The notes: a model not told the origin generated them from the sequence alone. A stretch of DNA of 64,000 bases from an uncultured Chloroflexia bacterium (GCA_963700245.1 CAVOWV010000015.1:128339-192338); one strand, 5' to 3'; positions 28,622 to 40,771 are shown, counted from the first letter of the stretch. A program made the numbers and translations.

Positions 28622-29026
28622 TTGCACCCTCCCTCGGGGTAGATGGTCACGGAGCCGGCGCCGGCATCGACGGCCAGGCCAGCCTTGAACGGGGCGCTCG
28701 TCGCACCACGACGACTCCCAGGCGCTGCCATTCCTGACGACCCAGGCGTCGTCCGCCCACCTGTCGGGCAGGTCGGGCAGCGCGACGATCGACGCACCGA
28801 GCGCGAGGCCGGTCACCACGGCGGCAAGAACCCCGGCACCCAGTGCGGCCCGTGAGCGACGGAGCACCAGCCCGACGCCCAGGGCGATCACGGCGAGCGG
28901 CCACAGGGTGCCCACCGTGTTCGCGACGGCGTTGGCATCGAGGACACCCACGACGACGCCGAGCAGCGCGGCGCCGGCGGCGATCAGGAACACCCCGCTG
29001 TAGAGCGTCCCTCGTCTGACGGTCAT
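28618..29026 (-). CDS. LiaF-like/DUF-type small membrane protein upstream of pspC-domain gene, apparent frameshift in C-terminal part
   Basis: MTVRRGTLYSGVFLIAAGAALLGVVVGVL...LWPLAVIALGVGLVLRR... lies in one frame. A plausible C-terminus ...APFKAGLAVDAGAGSVTIYPEGGCK, with stop at 28620-28618, lies in another. The track fuses this gene with pspC as one 384-aa ORF. Confidence 0.45.
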
Positions 29027-29297
29027 GGCACCCATCCCTCCTGGACGGTGGTGGCGCGGCACCCCGCAGGGCAGGACCCGCGCCGGCTAGCTGTTCGATG
29101 CCATGACTGTGCGCCGTGACGCCCATCGCTCCCAGCCGGGCAGCGGGCATCTTTGGGGTGGGGCTACCCCCACCCGCGTGGCGCGCGGGCCCCTGGGACG
29201 CGCAGGCAAGCACCTGCTGCACGGGTGCGCCGTGTTGCGCAAGCCCGGCGCGGCGAGGCCCCTGTCTGGCGACGGGCGTGCGGGTAGCATCGACACG

Positions 29298-30854
29298 ATG
29301 ACTGCGTCATGGCGCTCGCGGGCACCCGGGATGGCACGTTCGACGGTGCTCGTCCTCGTGTCGCTCGGTCTCGCGACCGTCGCCGTGTCGGTGCTCGAGG
29401 GGGTCGCCGGGGTCTCGAATGCCTCGATGGTGTACCTCGTGGCCGTGGTGTTCTGCGGCGTGGCGTCAGGTACGGGCGCGGCGGTGGCGGCGTCGGTTGC
29501 CTCATTCCTGCTCTACGACTTCCTGTTCATCACGCCCCTGTACACGTTCACGGTGGCCGACCCGGCCGAGTGGCTGAACCTGGGCCTGCTCCTGTTCGCG
29601 GGTGTCGTGGTCGGCCGGCTGGCCGCGCTCCAGCGGGCACGCGCCGAGGCGGCGATCGAGCGCGAGCGCGAGGCACGGGCGCTGTTCGGCGTGTCGCGCG
29701 TGCTGGCCACCCGGACGTCCACGGAGGCCGCCCTGGGGCAGATCGTCCAGACCCTGTGCGGCGAGACGGGCATGCACCGGATCTGGGTGGGATTCGGGGC
29801 GGACCCGGCCGCCGAGCGCGTGGCCGCGGACACCGATCCCGAGCGCCCCAGGCCCAGGCCGGGCCGCATCCGGGTGCTTCAACGCAGGCCCGGTGACGAG
29901 CCCGCCGCCTGGGCGCTCGTCGTCCAGCCCACGCCGTCCGGGCGCCAGCGTGGCGCGATGGACGTGTACCGCGTGCGGATCGAGGCAAGCGGCGAGGCGC
30001 TGGGCTCCATCTGGGCGGAGCGCGAGCCCAGCACCGGTGAGCCGCCCCTGACGCCCACCCGGCTGCTCGCGGCCGCGGCGGACCAGATCGGCCAGGCGAT
30101 GGCCCGGGACCGCGTCGCCCAGGAGGTCCAGGCGGCCGAGGTCGCCCGCCAGGGTGACCAGCTCAAGACGTCGCTGCTCCAGTCGGTGTCCCACGACTTC
30201 CGGACGCCGTTGGCCGTGATCCGCGCGGCGGCGGGCAGCCTGGACAGCGACTCCACGCTGTCGCCCGAGGACCGGCACGCCAACACGCAGGCCATCGAAC
30301 GCGAGGTCGAGTACCTCAACGCGCTGGTCGCCAACCTCCTGGACATGAGCCGGATCGAAGCCGGGGCCCTGCGCGTGGAACGGGATCTCTACGACCTTGA
30401 CGACCTGCTGACCCAACCGCTCGAGCGGGTCCGACGCCGCCTCGGTGGGCGCAGGCTCGATGTCGACCTTCAGCCGGCCGTGGTCCGGGTGGACGCGGTG
30501 TTCGTGGACTCCGCGGTGACCAACGTGCTGGACAACGCCCTCAAGTACACCCCCGAGGATGCCCCCATCCGGATCTCCGCCGCGCCGCTGGACGCGGCCA
30601 CGATCCGGCTCACGATCGAGGACGGCGGACCCGGTGTCGCACCCGAGGTGCTCCCGCGCCTGTTCGAGAAGTTCTACCGGGCCCCGGGAGCGCGCGGCGG
30701 ATCGAGGGGCGGTCTGGGCATCGGGCTCGCGGTGGTCCGCGGGCTCATCGAGGCGACCGGCGGCCGCGTGACCGCGCGTCGCAGCGTCCTGGGCGGGCTG
30801 GCCATGGACTTCGACCTGCCGATGGTGGCGCCCACGGACGAGCCCGCCCCATGA
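29298..30854 (+). CDS. kdpD: KdpD C-terminal half: membrane (DUF4118) + GAF-like + HisKA + HATPase sensor kinase
   Basis: SMVYLVAVVFCGVASG...FLLYDFLFITPLYTF is the KdpD TM bundle. H-box SVSHDFRTPLAVI, N-box NVLDNALKYTP, G-boxes EDGGPGV and GGLGIGLAVV. Lacks the KdpD N-terminal/Usp part. ATG 29298 chosen (the track ORF starts at 29103). Confidence 0.85.
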   Translation: MTASWRSRAPGMARSTVLVLVSLGLATVAVSVLEGVAGVSNASMVYLVAVVFCGVASGTGAAVAASVASFLLYDFLFITPLYTFTVADPAEWLNLGLLLFAGVVVGRLAALQRARAEAAIEREREARALFGVSRVLATRTSTEAALGQIVQTLCGETGMHRIWVGFGADPAAERVAADTDPERPRPRPGRIRVLQRRPGDEPAAWALVVQPTPSGRQRGAMDVYRVRIEASGEALGSIWAEREPSTGEPPLTPTRLLAAAADQIGQAMARDRVAQEVQAAEVARQGDQLKTSLLQSVSHDFRTPLAVIRAAAGSLDSDSTLSPEDRHANTQAIEREVEYLNALVANLLDMSRIEAGALRVERDLYDLDDLLTQPLERVRRRLGGRRLDVDLQPAVVRVDAVFVDSAVTNVLDNALKYTPEDAPIRISAAPLDAATIRLTIEDGGPGVAPEVLPRLFEKFYRAPGARGGSRGGLGIGLAVVRGLIEATGGRVTARRSVLGGLAMDFDLPMVAPTDEPAP

Positions 30855-31601
30855 GCGATGCGGCTGGCGCCCTGGTCCTGGTGATCGAGGACGACCCGGC
30901 GACCCGCGAGGTGCTCGCGCGGGAGCTCGGATCGGCGGGCTACCGTGTCGTGGAGGCGGAGGACGCGCGCACGGGCCTCGAGCGGTTCGCCACCCGGCGC
31001 CCGGACCTCGTGCTGCTGGACCTGGGCCTCCCCGACCGGGACGGCTTGGACGTGATCCGCGCGATCCGCAAGGAGGCCTCGACCCCCATCGTCATCCTGT
31101 CCGGCCGTTTCGAGGAGCGGGAGAAGGTGGACGCCCTGGAGCGCGGTGCCGACGACTATGTCACCAAGCCGTTCGGAATCGCGGAGCTCCGCGTCCGGAT
31201 CAAGGTGGCCCTCCGCCATGCCGCCGGCCCCGCCGCCGACCCGCTGGGCCGGCTGCGCAGCGGGCCGATCGAGGTGGACGTGGAGCGCCACCAGGTGTTG
31301 CTCGAGGGCCGACCCGTGGCCCTCACGCCCCGCGAGTTCGAGATCCTCAAGGTCCTCCTGGTCCACCGCGGCCGGATCGTGACCAAGGGCCGGCTGCTGC
31401 GCGCCGTGTGGGGCCAGGCCTACCAGGGCGAGGACGACTACGTGTACGTCCACGTGAGCAGCGTCCGCCGCAAGCTCAACGCCGCCGACCCTCTCGCTGC
31501 GGGCCGGGGCCCTGATCGTCACGGAGCCCGGCGTCGGCTACCGCATGGCGGATGACGGCGACGCGATTTCAGGCGATCTTCAGGCGTCCGACCCGGCCTG
31601 A
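30851..31601 (+). CDS. kdpE: OmpR-family response regulator KdpE, one apparent frameshift near 31500-31512
   Basis: Receiver domain (VLVIEDD, LLDLGLPD, KPF) plus winged helix (LTPREFEILKVLL...). The expected C-terminus ...ALIVTEPGVGYRMADD... is in the +1 frame after the run GGGCCGGGGCCC (31501-31512) and ends at TGA 31599-31601. The ATG overlaps the kdpD-C stop. Confidence 0.85.
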
Positions 31602-31640
31602 CCCCCGCCGCCTCTTGGCGGCACGGACGATCGTTGGGGC

Positions 31641-31889
31641 ATGGAACACGACGTCGATCCCGACGATGCCGTCCGCCGGCAGCTGGCGGGCGAGCTCCGG
31701 CTGGTCCAGGAGGCGATCCTCCTGGTCGCGGGCGGGGCCGCTCCGCGCGCCATGGTCGCCGGGCTGCGCCTGGGGGACCACGTCCTGGAGCCGGCCCGGC
31801 GCTACGCCGCAGCGGCCGGGGTGCGCGTCGTGCCGTCGTACACGGTCGACGAGGCCGGCCTCGCGATCATCGTGGAGGCGGACGGGTGA
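31641..31889 (+). CDS. Hypothetical 82-aa protein inside the kdp operon
   Basis: MEHDVDPDDAVRRQLAGELRLVQEAILLVAGG...VRVVPSYTVDEAGLAIIVEADG. High GC3. The stop overlaps the start of the next gene (GTGA). No family recognised. Confidence 0.5.
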   Translation: MEHDVDPDDAVRRQLAGELRLVQEAILLVAGGAAPRAMVAGLRLGDHVLEPARRYAAAAGVRVVPSYTVDEAGLAIIVEADG

Positions 31890-32266
31890 CCACCACGGAG
31901 CACGTGCACGTCCTGCTGGTGGAGGACGACGAGGACCTCCGTCCCATCCTCGCGCGCCACCTGGCGGCCAAGGGATTCCGCGTGGCGGAAGCCGTGTCCG
32001 CCGAGGACGCGACCGCGCAGCTTGCGGCCGGCCTCACCCCGGCCATGGTGCTGCTGGACCTCAACCTGCCCGGCGACACCGGGTGGGATTTCCTGCGGAG
32101 CGGCTCGCTCGTCGGGGCCGGCTCCCCGCCCGTGGTGGTGACGACTGCCGTCACCGTCAACCCCCGCCAGCTGCGCGAATTCGCCGTGGCCGGCTACCTC
32201 CCCAAGCCCTTCGCGATGGAGACCCTCGTCGCCACCGTGGAGCGATTCCTCGGAGCCCGTCCGTGA
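31886..32266 (+). CDS. Stand-alone receiver-domain response regulator (CheY-like)
   Basis: 126 aa. VLLVEDDEDL, phospho-acceptor LLDLNLPG, VVVTTA and YLPKPF. No output domain. Confidence 0.75.
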   Translation: MTTTEHVHVLLVEDDEDLRPILARHLAAKGFRVAEAVSAEDATAQLAAGLTPAMVLLDLNLPGDTGWDFLRSGSLVGAGSPPVVVTTAVTVNPRQLREFAVAGYLPKPFAMETLVATVERFLGARP

Positions 32267-32352
32267 CCGATCTCGCCGTCCTTGCCCTGCTCGTCGCCGT
32301 GTTCCTCGCGCTCGGCGGGCTCATCTGGCTGTGCCAGGCGGTGCGCTCGTGA
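32263..32352 (+). CDS. 29-aa hydrophobic micro-protein preceding kdpF
   Basis: VTDLAVLALLVAVFLALGGLIWLCQAVRS. GTGA overlaps on both sides link it to the receiver gene and to kdpF. Confidence 0.4.
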   Translation: MTDLAVLALLVAVFLALGGLIWLCQAVRS

Positions 32353-32438
32353 TCTCCATCGAGCTTGTCGCCGGCGTCCTGAGCCTGCTCCTCGGCATCT
32401 ACCTGCTGGTCGCGCTGCTGCGGCCCGAGCGGTTCTAG
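32349..32438 (+). CDS. kdpF: K+-transporting ATPase subunit F
   Basis: 29 aa, VISIELVAGVLSLLLGIYLLVALLRPERF. The C-terminal LLRPERF is the KdpF signature. Lies immediately upstream of kdpA. Confidence 0.75.
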   Translation: MISIELVAGVLSLLLGIYLLVALLRPERF

Positions 32439-32441
32439 GCC

Positions 32442-34144
32442 ATGGTCACCAACTCCCTCGTCTCGCTCGTCGTCATCCTGGGCGTCGTCGCCCTCGTGAC
32501 ACCGTTCCTGGGCCGCTACATCGCGACCGTGCTGGAGGGCGGGCGGCATCCGCTGGCGAGGTTGCTGGGCCCGGTGGAGCGCGGCATCTACCGCGTGGCC
32601 GGCGTCGACCCGGCCCGCGAGCAGGGCTGGCGTGGGTACGCCGTCGCCATGCTGCTGTTCAGCCTCCTGTCGATCCTCGCCCTATACCTCCTGCAGCGGG
32701 CCCAGGGGGTGCTGCCGCTGAACCCGACGGGCGTCGGCGCCGTGCCCGAGGACCTCGCCCTCAACACCGCCGTGAGCTTCGTCGCCAACACGAACTGGCA
32801 GAACTACGCGGGCGAGTCCACGATGGCCCACCTCACCCAGGCGGCCGGGCTCGCCGTCCAGAACTTCGTGTCGGCGGCGGTCGGCCTGGCCATCGCGATC
32901 GCGCTGGTGCGCGGCCTGACCCGTCGAACAGCGCCGACGATCGGCAACTTCTGGACCGACATCGTCCGGGCCACCCTGTACGTGCTCCTGCCGATCGCAT
33001 TCGTCGCGGCCCTGGTGCTCGTGTGGCAGGGCGTCCCGCAGACGTTCAGCGGGCCGGCCGCGGTCACCGGGCTCGAGAGCCCCCAGACGATCTACCTCGG
33101 CCCCATCGCCTCACAGGAGGCGATCAAGGAGCTGGGGACCAACGGCGGCGGCATCGTGAACGCCAACTCCGCCCACCCCTTCGAGAACCCCACCGCCCTC
33201 ACCAACCTGCTCGAGCAGGTGCTCATCCTGGTGATCCCCTTCTCGCTGACCGCCACCTTCGGCGTGCTGGCGGGTGACCGGCGCCAGGGCTGGGCCGTGT
33301 TCGCCGCCATGGCCGGGATCCTCGTGATCGCCTCGATCGGCGCGATCGCGGCCGAGTCACAGGGCAACCCGCTGTTCCCGGCGGGCGTGGACCAGGCGCT
33401 CGGCAACATGGAGGGCAAGGAGCTCCGGTTCGGGGCGTCCGCGGGTGGCCTGTGGGCCGCGATCACCACCGGGACGAGCACGGGCGCGGTCAACTCGATG
33501 CACGACAGCTTCACGCCGCTGGGCGGCCTCGTGCCCCTGTTCCTGATGCTCCTGGGCGAGATCACCCCGGGCGGGGTGGGCGCCGGCCTGTACGGCATGC
33601 TCGTGTTCGCCCTGCTCACCGTGTTCATCGCGGGCCTCATGGTCGGCCGCACGCCGGAGTACCTGGGCAAGAAGGTCGAGACCTTCGAGATGAAGATGAG
33701 CATGCTCGTCGTGCTCGTCCTCTCGGCCAGCATCCTGGGCTTCACGGCCCTCGCCGTGGCCACGCCCGCCGGACAGGCCGGACCGCTCAACGCGGGTCCC
33801 CACGGCTTCAGCGAGATCCTGTACGCGTTCGCCAGCCAGACCGCCAACAACGGCTCCGCCTTCGGCGGCCTCACCGGCAACACGCCGTTCTACAACGTGG
33901 CCGGCGCCCTCGCGATGCTGGTCGGCCGGTTCGCCATGATCATCCCGATCCTCGCGATCGCCGGGTCGCTCGCCGCGAAGCGCCGCGTGGCCGTCTCGGC
34001 GGGCACGTTTCCCACCACGGGTGCCATGTTCGTCGTCCTCCTGGTCGGGGTCGTGATCATCATCGGCGCCCTCAACTTCCTCCCCGCGATGGCGCTCGGC
34101 CCGATCGTCGAGCACCTCCTCCAGCAGGCTGGGGTTGTCTTCCC

Positions 34145-34148
<4 letters not shown>
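32442..34148 (+). CDS. kdpA: Potassium-transporting ATPase subunit A
   Basis: 568 aa polytopic. NTNWQNY, GTNGGG and NNGSAFG selectivity-filter-like motifs. Synteny. Confidence 0.95.
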
Positions 34149-36297
<2,149 letters not shown>

Positions 36298-36301
<4 letters not shown>

Positions 36302-36888
36302 GGTCTGAGATGTCCGCCTCCTGGCGCCTGTACCTGCGGCCCGCCCTCGTGGTGCTGGTCGCCCTGACCCTGGTCACCGGCGTCGCCTACCCCGCCGCCG
36401 TCACCGCCGTCGCCCAGCTCGTCTTCCCGGGCCAGGCGAACGGGTCCATGATCACGGCGAACGGCACCACGGTGGGTTCCGCGTTGATCGGCCAGGCCTT
36501 CTCCGACCCTCGCTACTTCTGGGGCCGGCTGTCCGCGGCCGGCGACGGCTACGACGGCATGGCCTCGGCCGGCTCCAACCTGGGCCCGACCAGCCGGGAC
36601 CTCATCGACCGCGTCGCCGCCGACGTGGACCGGCTCCGCGCCGCGAACGGCGGGGGCGCCGTGCCCGTGGACCTGGTGACAGCCTCCGGGTCCGGCCTGG
36701 ACCCGCACATCAGTCCGGCGGCGGCCGCCTTCCAGGTGGCCCGCGTGGCTTGGGCCCGTGGCCTCGACGCCGCCGCGGTGCAGGCGGCCGTGGACCGCCA
36801 CACGCATGGACCGCTGCTGTTCTTCCTGGGCGAGCCGCGTGTCAACGTCCTGGAGCTCAACCTCGACCTCGAGGGCCTGCTGGCATGA
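36298..36888 (+). CDS. kdpC: Potassium-transporting ATPase subunit C
   Basis: 196 aa. One N-terminal [10 protein letters not shown] and [12 protein letters not shown] motifs. Overlaps the kdpB stop. Confidence 0.9.
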
Positions 36889-38048
36889 AGGAGGGTTTCG
36901 CGATGACCAGCAGCGAGCGTGACGCCTTCGACGAGCGACCCTCCCCGGAGGAGCTCCTCGAGCGGTACCGGGCCGACGCCGCGGCCCGGCGCGGCCGGCT
37001 GCGGCTGTACGTGGGTATGGCACCCGGCGTCGGCAAGACCTACCGGATGCTCGAGGAGGGCCACCGGCGGAAGGACCGCGGCACGGACGTCGTGGTGGGA
37101 TACGTCGAGGGGCACGGCCGCCGGCTCACGATGGCACTCGTCGATGGCCTCGAGGTGGTGCCCCGCCGATCCACGACGCACCGCGGGATCACGGTCGAGG
37201 AGATGGACACGGACGCCGTGATCGCCCGACGCCCGACGGTCGCGCTGATCGACGAGCTCGCCCACACCAACACCCCCGGCTCCGAGCGCGAGAAGCGGTG
37301 GCAGGACGTGGAGTTGATCCGCGACGCTGGGATCCACGTCGTGTCCACGATGAACGTGCAGCACCTGGATTCGCTGGCGGACGCGGTGGCGACCATCACC
37401 GGCGCCCCAGTGAACGAGCGGCTTCCCGACGACGTCCTGCTCAGCGCGGACGAGATCGAGCTCGTCGACATGAGCCCCCACGCGCTCCGCCAGCGGATGC
37501 GGCATGGGAATGTCTATCCGCCCGAACGCACCCAGGTGGCGCTGGAGCGGTTCTTCACGGAGGCCAACCTCACCGCGCTCCGCGAGCTCTCGCTGCGCGT
37601 GGTCGCGCGCCGGGTGGAGGGCCAGCTCGAGGGCGTGAACCACGCCACGCTGTCCCTCGTCTCGGAGCGCGTGCTCGTGCTCGTCGACGGGAGTCGCGGC
37701 TCGGGGCGCGCCGTCCGGCGCGCCGCATCGCTGGCCGGAGCGCTGCACGCCGGTCTGGTGGCGTTGGTCCCGCCGTCGGAGACCGTCGACGCGATGCCGT
37801 TCGACCGGGCGAAGGACCTCCGCGAGGCCCTCGACGTGGCGGTCGAGCTCGGCGCGCGCATGGCACGGCTTGGCTCCGGCGACATCGCGGAACAGGTGGG
37901 CGCGGCCGTGCGAGACCTGGGCGGCACGCACCTCTTCGTGCCGCACGCGTCGCCCGGCAGGCTGGAGGGACTCCTGCACGGGTCGCTATCGGACCGCCTC
38001 GCGGCGCAGCTCCCCGACGTCGACATCCACCTGGTGGGCGGGAACTGA
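36885..38048 (+). CDS. kdpD: KdpD N-terminal sensor module (KdpD domain + Usp domain) as a separate protein
   Basis: [28 protein letters not shown] and VSTMNVQHL (KdpD N-terminal domain), followed by a Usp-like domain. No TM or kinase part. The ATG overlaps the kdpC stop (ATGA). Confidence 0.85.
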   Translation: MKEGFAMTSSERDAFDERPSPEELLERYRADAAARRGRLRLYVGMAPGVGKTYRMLEEGHRRKDRGTDVVVGYVEGHGRRLTMALVDGLEVVPRRSTTHRGITVEEMDTDAVIARRPTVALIDELAHTNTPGSEREKRWQDVELIRDAGIHVVSTMNVQHLDSLADAVATITGAPVNERLPDDVLLSADEIELVDMSPHALRQRMRHGNVYPPERTQVALERFFTEANLTALRELSLRVVARRVEGQLEGVNHATLSLVSERVLVLVDGSRGSGRAVRRAASLAGALHAGLVALVPPSETVDAMPFDRAKDLREALDVAVELGARMARLGSGDIAEQVGAAVRDLGGTHLFVPHASPGRLEGLLHGSLSDRLAAQLPDVDIHLVGGN

Positions 38049-38206
38049 GCACGACGCCCCGTCGGCGTGTCCATATCCCATCGGACTCGCGCGGACGCTC
38101 GCGCGGCGGTCCGGTAGGTCCGCGATACCATCGGGAGCGCGCGGCGCGCGGCCAGGCGGGTTCGCCCAACGGTCGAGGAGGGTGCCGTGGAGTTCGGATC
38201 GATCGC

Positions 38207-38776
38207 GTGGGCGTGCTGCTCGACCAGCTGCGCGAGTCGCGGGACCTCTACTTCCCGCGGTTCGCGGGGATGTCCTCGGCCGAGTACCTCTGGGAGCCGT
38301 TCGAGGGGATGCACTCGCTCCGTCGTCGGGGGGCGGCACGCACGCCGAACGCCTTCGGGCCCGGCGAGTGGGTTCTGGACTTCGACGACGGGCTGGACCC
38401 GTTCGCCCCCGGGCCTGTCGCAACCATCGCCTGGCGTGTCGCGCATGTCGCGAACGGGATCGCGGGACGTTGGGAATGGTCGTTCGGCGCGAGGTCGACC
38501 GACCCGAACGAGGTGGTGGACTTCTCGCCGGACCCGGTTGTTGCGCTGGCGGGCCTGTCCGAGCAGGTCGACCGCTGGATCGCATCGTGCGAGACCCTCA
38601 CCGACGAGCAGCTCGACGTCCCCGGCTTCAGCGCCTATCCGCACGGGATGGATCCGCACATCCCGTTCATCGGCGTGCTGTGGTGGACGAACCGCGAGTT
38701 CATCAACCACATGGCCGAGGTGGCGCTCCTCCGCGACCTCTACCCGCGGATGACGACAACGCACGGGGCGCGATGA
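38207..38776 (+). CDS. DinB-family (DinB_2-like) protein
   Basis: ...LLDQLRESRDLYFPRFAGMSSAEYLWEP...IAWRVAHVANG...WWTNREFINHMAEVALLRDLY. N-terminus uncertain: a GTG at 38187 with a strong GAGGAGGG SD lies in a different frame, so another indel may be present. Confidence 0.65.
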   Translation: MGVLLDQLRESRDLYFPRFAGMSSAEYLWEPFEGMHSLRRRGAARTPNAFGPGEWVLDFDDGLDPFAPGPVATIAWRVAHVANGIAGRWEWSFGARSTDPNEVVDFSPDPVVALAGLSEQVDRWIASCETLTDEQLDVPGFSAYPHGMDPHIPFIGVLWWTNREFINHMAEVALLRDLYPRMTTTHGAR

Positions 38777-38783
38777 GGCGGAG

Positions 38784-39155
38784 TGGTGGAGATGGGGGAG
38801 AGTCGAACTCCCCGTCCAGAACCCTTCGCCAGGACCCACTACGAGCGTGTCCGATGCTTTTCGTCAGCCGTCGGGGCGCCCATCGGCAGGCTCACCATCG
38901 GCCCATTCCCGTGTCCCTAGATCGGGCTTGGCTCCCGGTTACGTGACCTCACCGGGGTTGCACCTTCGCTGAGTGACACTTCCACGGCCCGCGAAGGGGA
39001 GGCCGCTTCCATGCTCACCTTACCGCCTAAGCGGCGAGGGCGAGAGCAGGCTGCTTGTTGGCAGTTACTTCGTTTTGCCGCCGGTTTAACGAGGCCTGAC
39101 GGCACCTCGGCTCGCGTTCCCTGGCAGCCAAGCCCTGTCGAAACCACGCATCCCC
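38784..39155 (-). ncRNA. ssrA: Transfer-messenger RNA (tmRNA, ssrA)
   Basis: Minus strand. The 5' end is GGGGATGCGTGGTTTCGACAGGG. The 3' end is GGACGGGGAGTTCGACTCTCCCCCATCTCCACCA: T-arm, then an acceptor strand that pairs with the 5' GGGGATG including a G3-U pair, then CCA. The tag ORF GCC AAC AAG CAG CCT GCT CTC GCC CTC GCC GCT TAG (39062-39027) encodes ANKQPALALAA. Confidence 0.9.
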
Positions 39156-39222
39156 ACAGGACCGAACCGCTGTTCGGGGGCCGAATCCTAGCACCGGCGT
39201 CGGTGGGGGTCGAGCGCCGGGT

Positions 39223-39286
39223 GGGCACGACCCGCTGAACGGGCACGACCCGGCGAGCGGGCACGACCCGCTGAGCGGGCTCGACG
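39223..39286. repeat. 18-bp tandem repeat, about 3.5 copies
   Basis: GGGCACGACCCGCTGAAC / GGGCACGACCCGGCGAGC / GGGCACGACCCGCTGAGC / GGGCTCGACG. Intergenic, between the tmRNA 5' end and the desaturase gene. Confidence 0.85.
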
Positions 39287-39390
39287 TTGCTGCACACCTG
39301 CACGGAAGTGGCGGAGGCGCCCGGCGGGCTGCCCGTACACTCCGTCGAACCGCAGACGCGTCCGCGTTCCCCCTGCTGCCACGGTGACCC

Positions 39391-40341
39391 ATGCCCGACG
39401 ACGTCGTTCCCCCCGTCGCGATCCCCGCCCTCGACCGGCGCCTGCTCGAGGAGCTGGAGCCGGAGGCCGGGCGATTGCTCGATCGCCATCTCAAGGTGAC
39501 CCAGGAGTGGTTCCCCCACGACTACATCCCGTATCGGCTGGGACGCGACTTCGACACGGAGCCCTGGACCCCCGACCAGCCGCGGCTGACGGGCGTGGCC
39601 CAGACGGCGTTCGAGATCAACCTCCTCACGGAGGACAACCTGCCCAGCTACCACCGGCTGATCCACGGGATGTTCGGGAGGGGCGACGGCGCCTGGCTCA
39701 CCTGGGTCGGGCGCTGGACGGCGGAGGAGGGGCGCCACGCGATCGTGCTGCGCGACTACCTCACGGTCACCCGCAACATCGACCCGGTGCTGCTGGAGCG
39801 CGGGCGGATGAACCAGCTCGAGCGCGGCTACGACATGGCCTCGCCGGACACGCTCCACGGCCTGGCCTACGTGGCGTTCCAGGAGCTCGCGACCCGGATC
39901 TCGCACCGCAACACCGGGCGCTACTCGGACGATCCCGTCGCGGACCGGATCATGGTCCGGATCGCGGCCGACGAGAACCTGCACATGATCTTCTACCGCG
40001 ACATCCTCAAGGCCGCGCTCGCGATCGAGCCGTCGGCCGCCGTCCGCGCGATCACGGACGAGGTCCTCGCCTTCAAGATGCCGGGCGCCGGGATCCCGAA
40101 CTTCCTGCGCAAGGCAGCCGACATCGCGAAGGCCGGCATCTACGACCTGCGCGTCCACCGCGACGAGGTCCTGCTGCCGATCCTGCGGTACTGGGGCGTG
40201 TTCGAGCTCAGCGGGCTCGATGCGGCCGCCGAGGAGGCCCGCCGGCGGCTGGCAGAGCACCTGGACACGCTGGACGCGGCCGCGAAGCGCTTCGAGGAGC
40301 GGCTGGCACGTTCCGGCGTGCCGCGCATCGCTCCTGGTTGA
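39391..40341 (+). CDS. Acyl-ACP (stearoyl-ACP-type) desaturase, DesA-like di-iron enzyme
   Basis: 316 aa. NLLTEDNLPSYH, WTAEEGRHA, FQELATRISHRN and AADENLHMIFY (two EXXH di-iron motifs). Confidence 0.9.
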   Translation: MPDDVVPPVAIPALDRRLLEELEPEAGRLLDRHLKVTQEWFPHDYIPYRLGRDFDTEPWTPDQPRLTGVAQTAFEINLLTEDNLPSYHRLIHGMFGRGDGAWLTWVGRWTAEEGRHAIVLRDYLTVTRNIDPVLLERGRMNQLERGYDMASPDTLHGLAYVAFQELATRISHRNTGRYSDDPVADRIMVRIAADENLHMIFYRDILKAALAIEPSAAVRAITDEVLAFKMPGAGIPNFLRKAADIAKAGIYDLRVHRDEVLLPILRYWGVFELSGLDAAAEEARRRLAEHLDTLDAAAKRFEERLARSGVPRIAPG

Positions 40342-40396
40342 TAGGTCCCGGAAACGTGGACTCCGGCGTGGTCCGGCTGCGGCACGAGGTTACGGT

Positions 40397-40762
40397 TTAG
40401 GACCGGACCTCGGGCTTCGTGATCCGGCCGAGGAACAGGATGGCGCCCGTCTCCATGTCGCGCAGCGCGAACATGAACGGACGGTCCACGGTCATCTCGA
40501 CGGGCGGCGCCGGCGCGGCGCTGGCAGCCATCACGACGGCCGTGGCCGCCGCGGCCTCGGTCCCCTTCTCGTCGACGTCGATGTTGGCCTGGTGGATCAC
40601 CGCGCTGATGTACAGCCGGTCGGCGACTGTCATCCCGGAGAAGTCGGCCGTGTCCGCGTCGAACGCCGCGGGCATGCCGAGGGCCGCGAGCACGTCGCCC
40701 AGCCCCAGCTGCGACTCCGCACCGAACTTCGGCAGGCCCAGCACCACCTGCTGCTCGGAGAG
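40397..40762 (-). pseudogene. Serpin, C-terminal fragment only (5'-truncated)
   Basis: ...LGLPKFGAESQLGLGDVLAALGMPAAFD...ISAVIHQANIDVDEKGTEAAAATAVVMAASAAP...VDRPFMFALRDMETGAILFLGRITKP covers the s3A-s5A region, hinge/reactive-centre loop and s1C-s5B. No serpin N-terminal two-thirds is found in any frame upstream. Confidence 0.7.
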
Positions 40763-40771
40763 CGCGCCGGT

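Noticed and set aside
27908-29062. Single 384-aa protein as given in the ORF track
   Set aside because: It is better explained as two genes (LiaF-like and PspC-domain) artificially fused through a frame error. See the GTGA overlap at 28618-28621.
29103-29297. Upstream extension of the kdpD kinase-half ORF
   Set aside because: The translation is not protein-like. The region is a divergent intergenic spacer containing a strong GGGTGGGG/CCCCACCC hairpin. ATG 29298 precedes the first TM segment.
29063-29297. Possible c-di-AMP (ydaO-type) riboswitch ahead of the kdp operon
   Set aside because: I could not find the conserved ydaO core elements by eye, and the pump genes are fused to upstream genes by overlaps, leaving no leader. 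A covariance-model search would be needed to be certain.
38784-39155. Integrated genomic island at the tmRNA 3' end
   Set aside because: The tmRNA 3' end is only 7 nt from the convergent DinB-family gene. No duplicated ssrA 3' segment or integrase is present in the window. The decay zone lies on the 5' side instead.
39223-39286. Tandem repeats as possible CRISPR arrays (also 49391..49460)
   Set aside because: The units are contiguous with no spacers, only 18 bp long and about 3.5 copies. No cas genes are present in the window.
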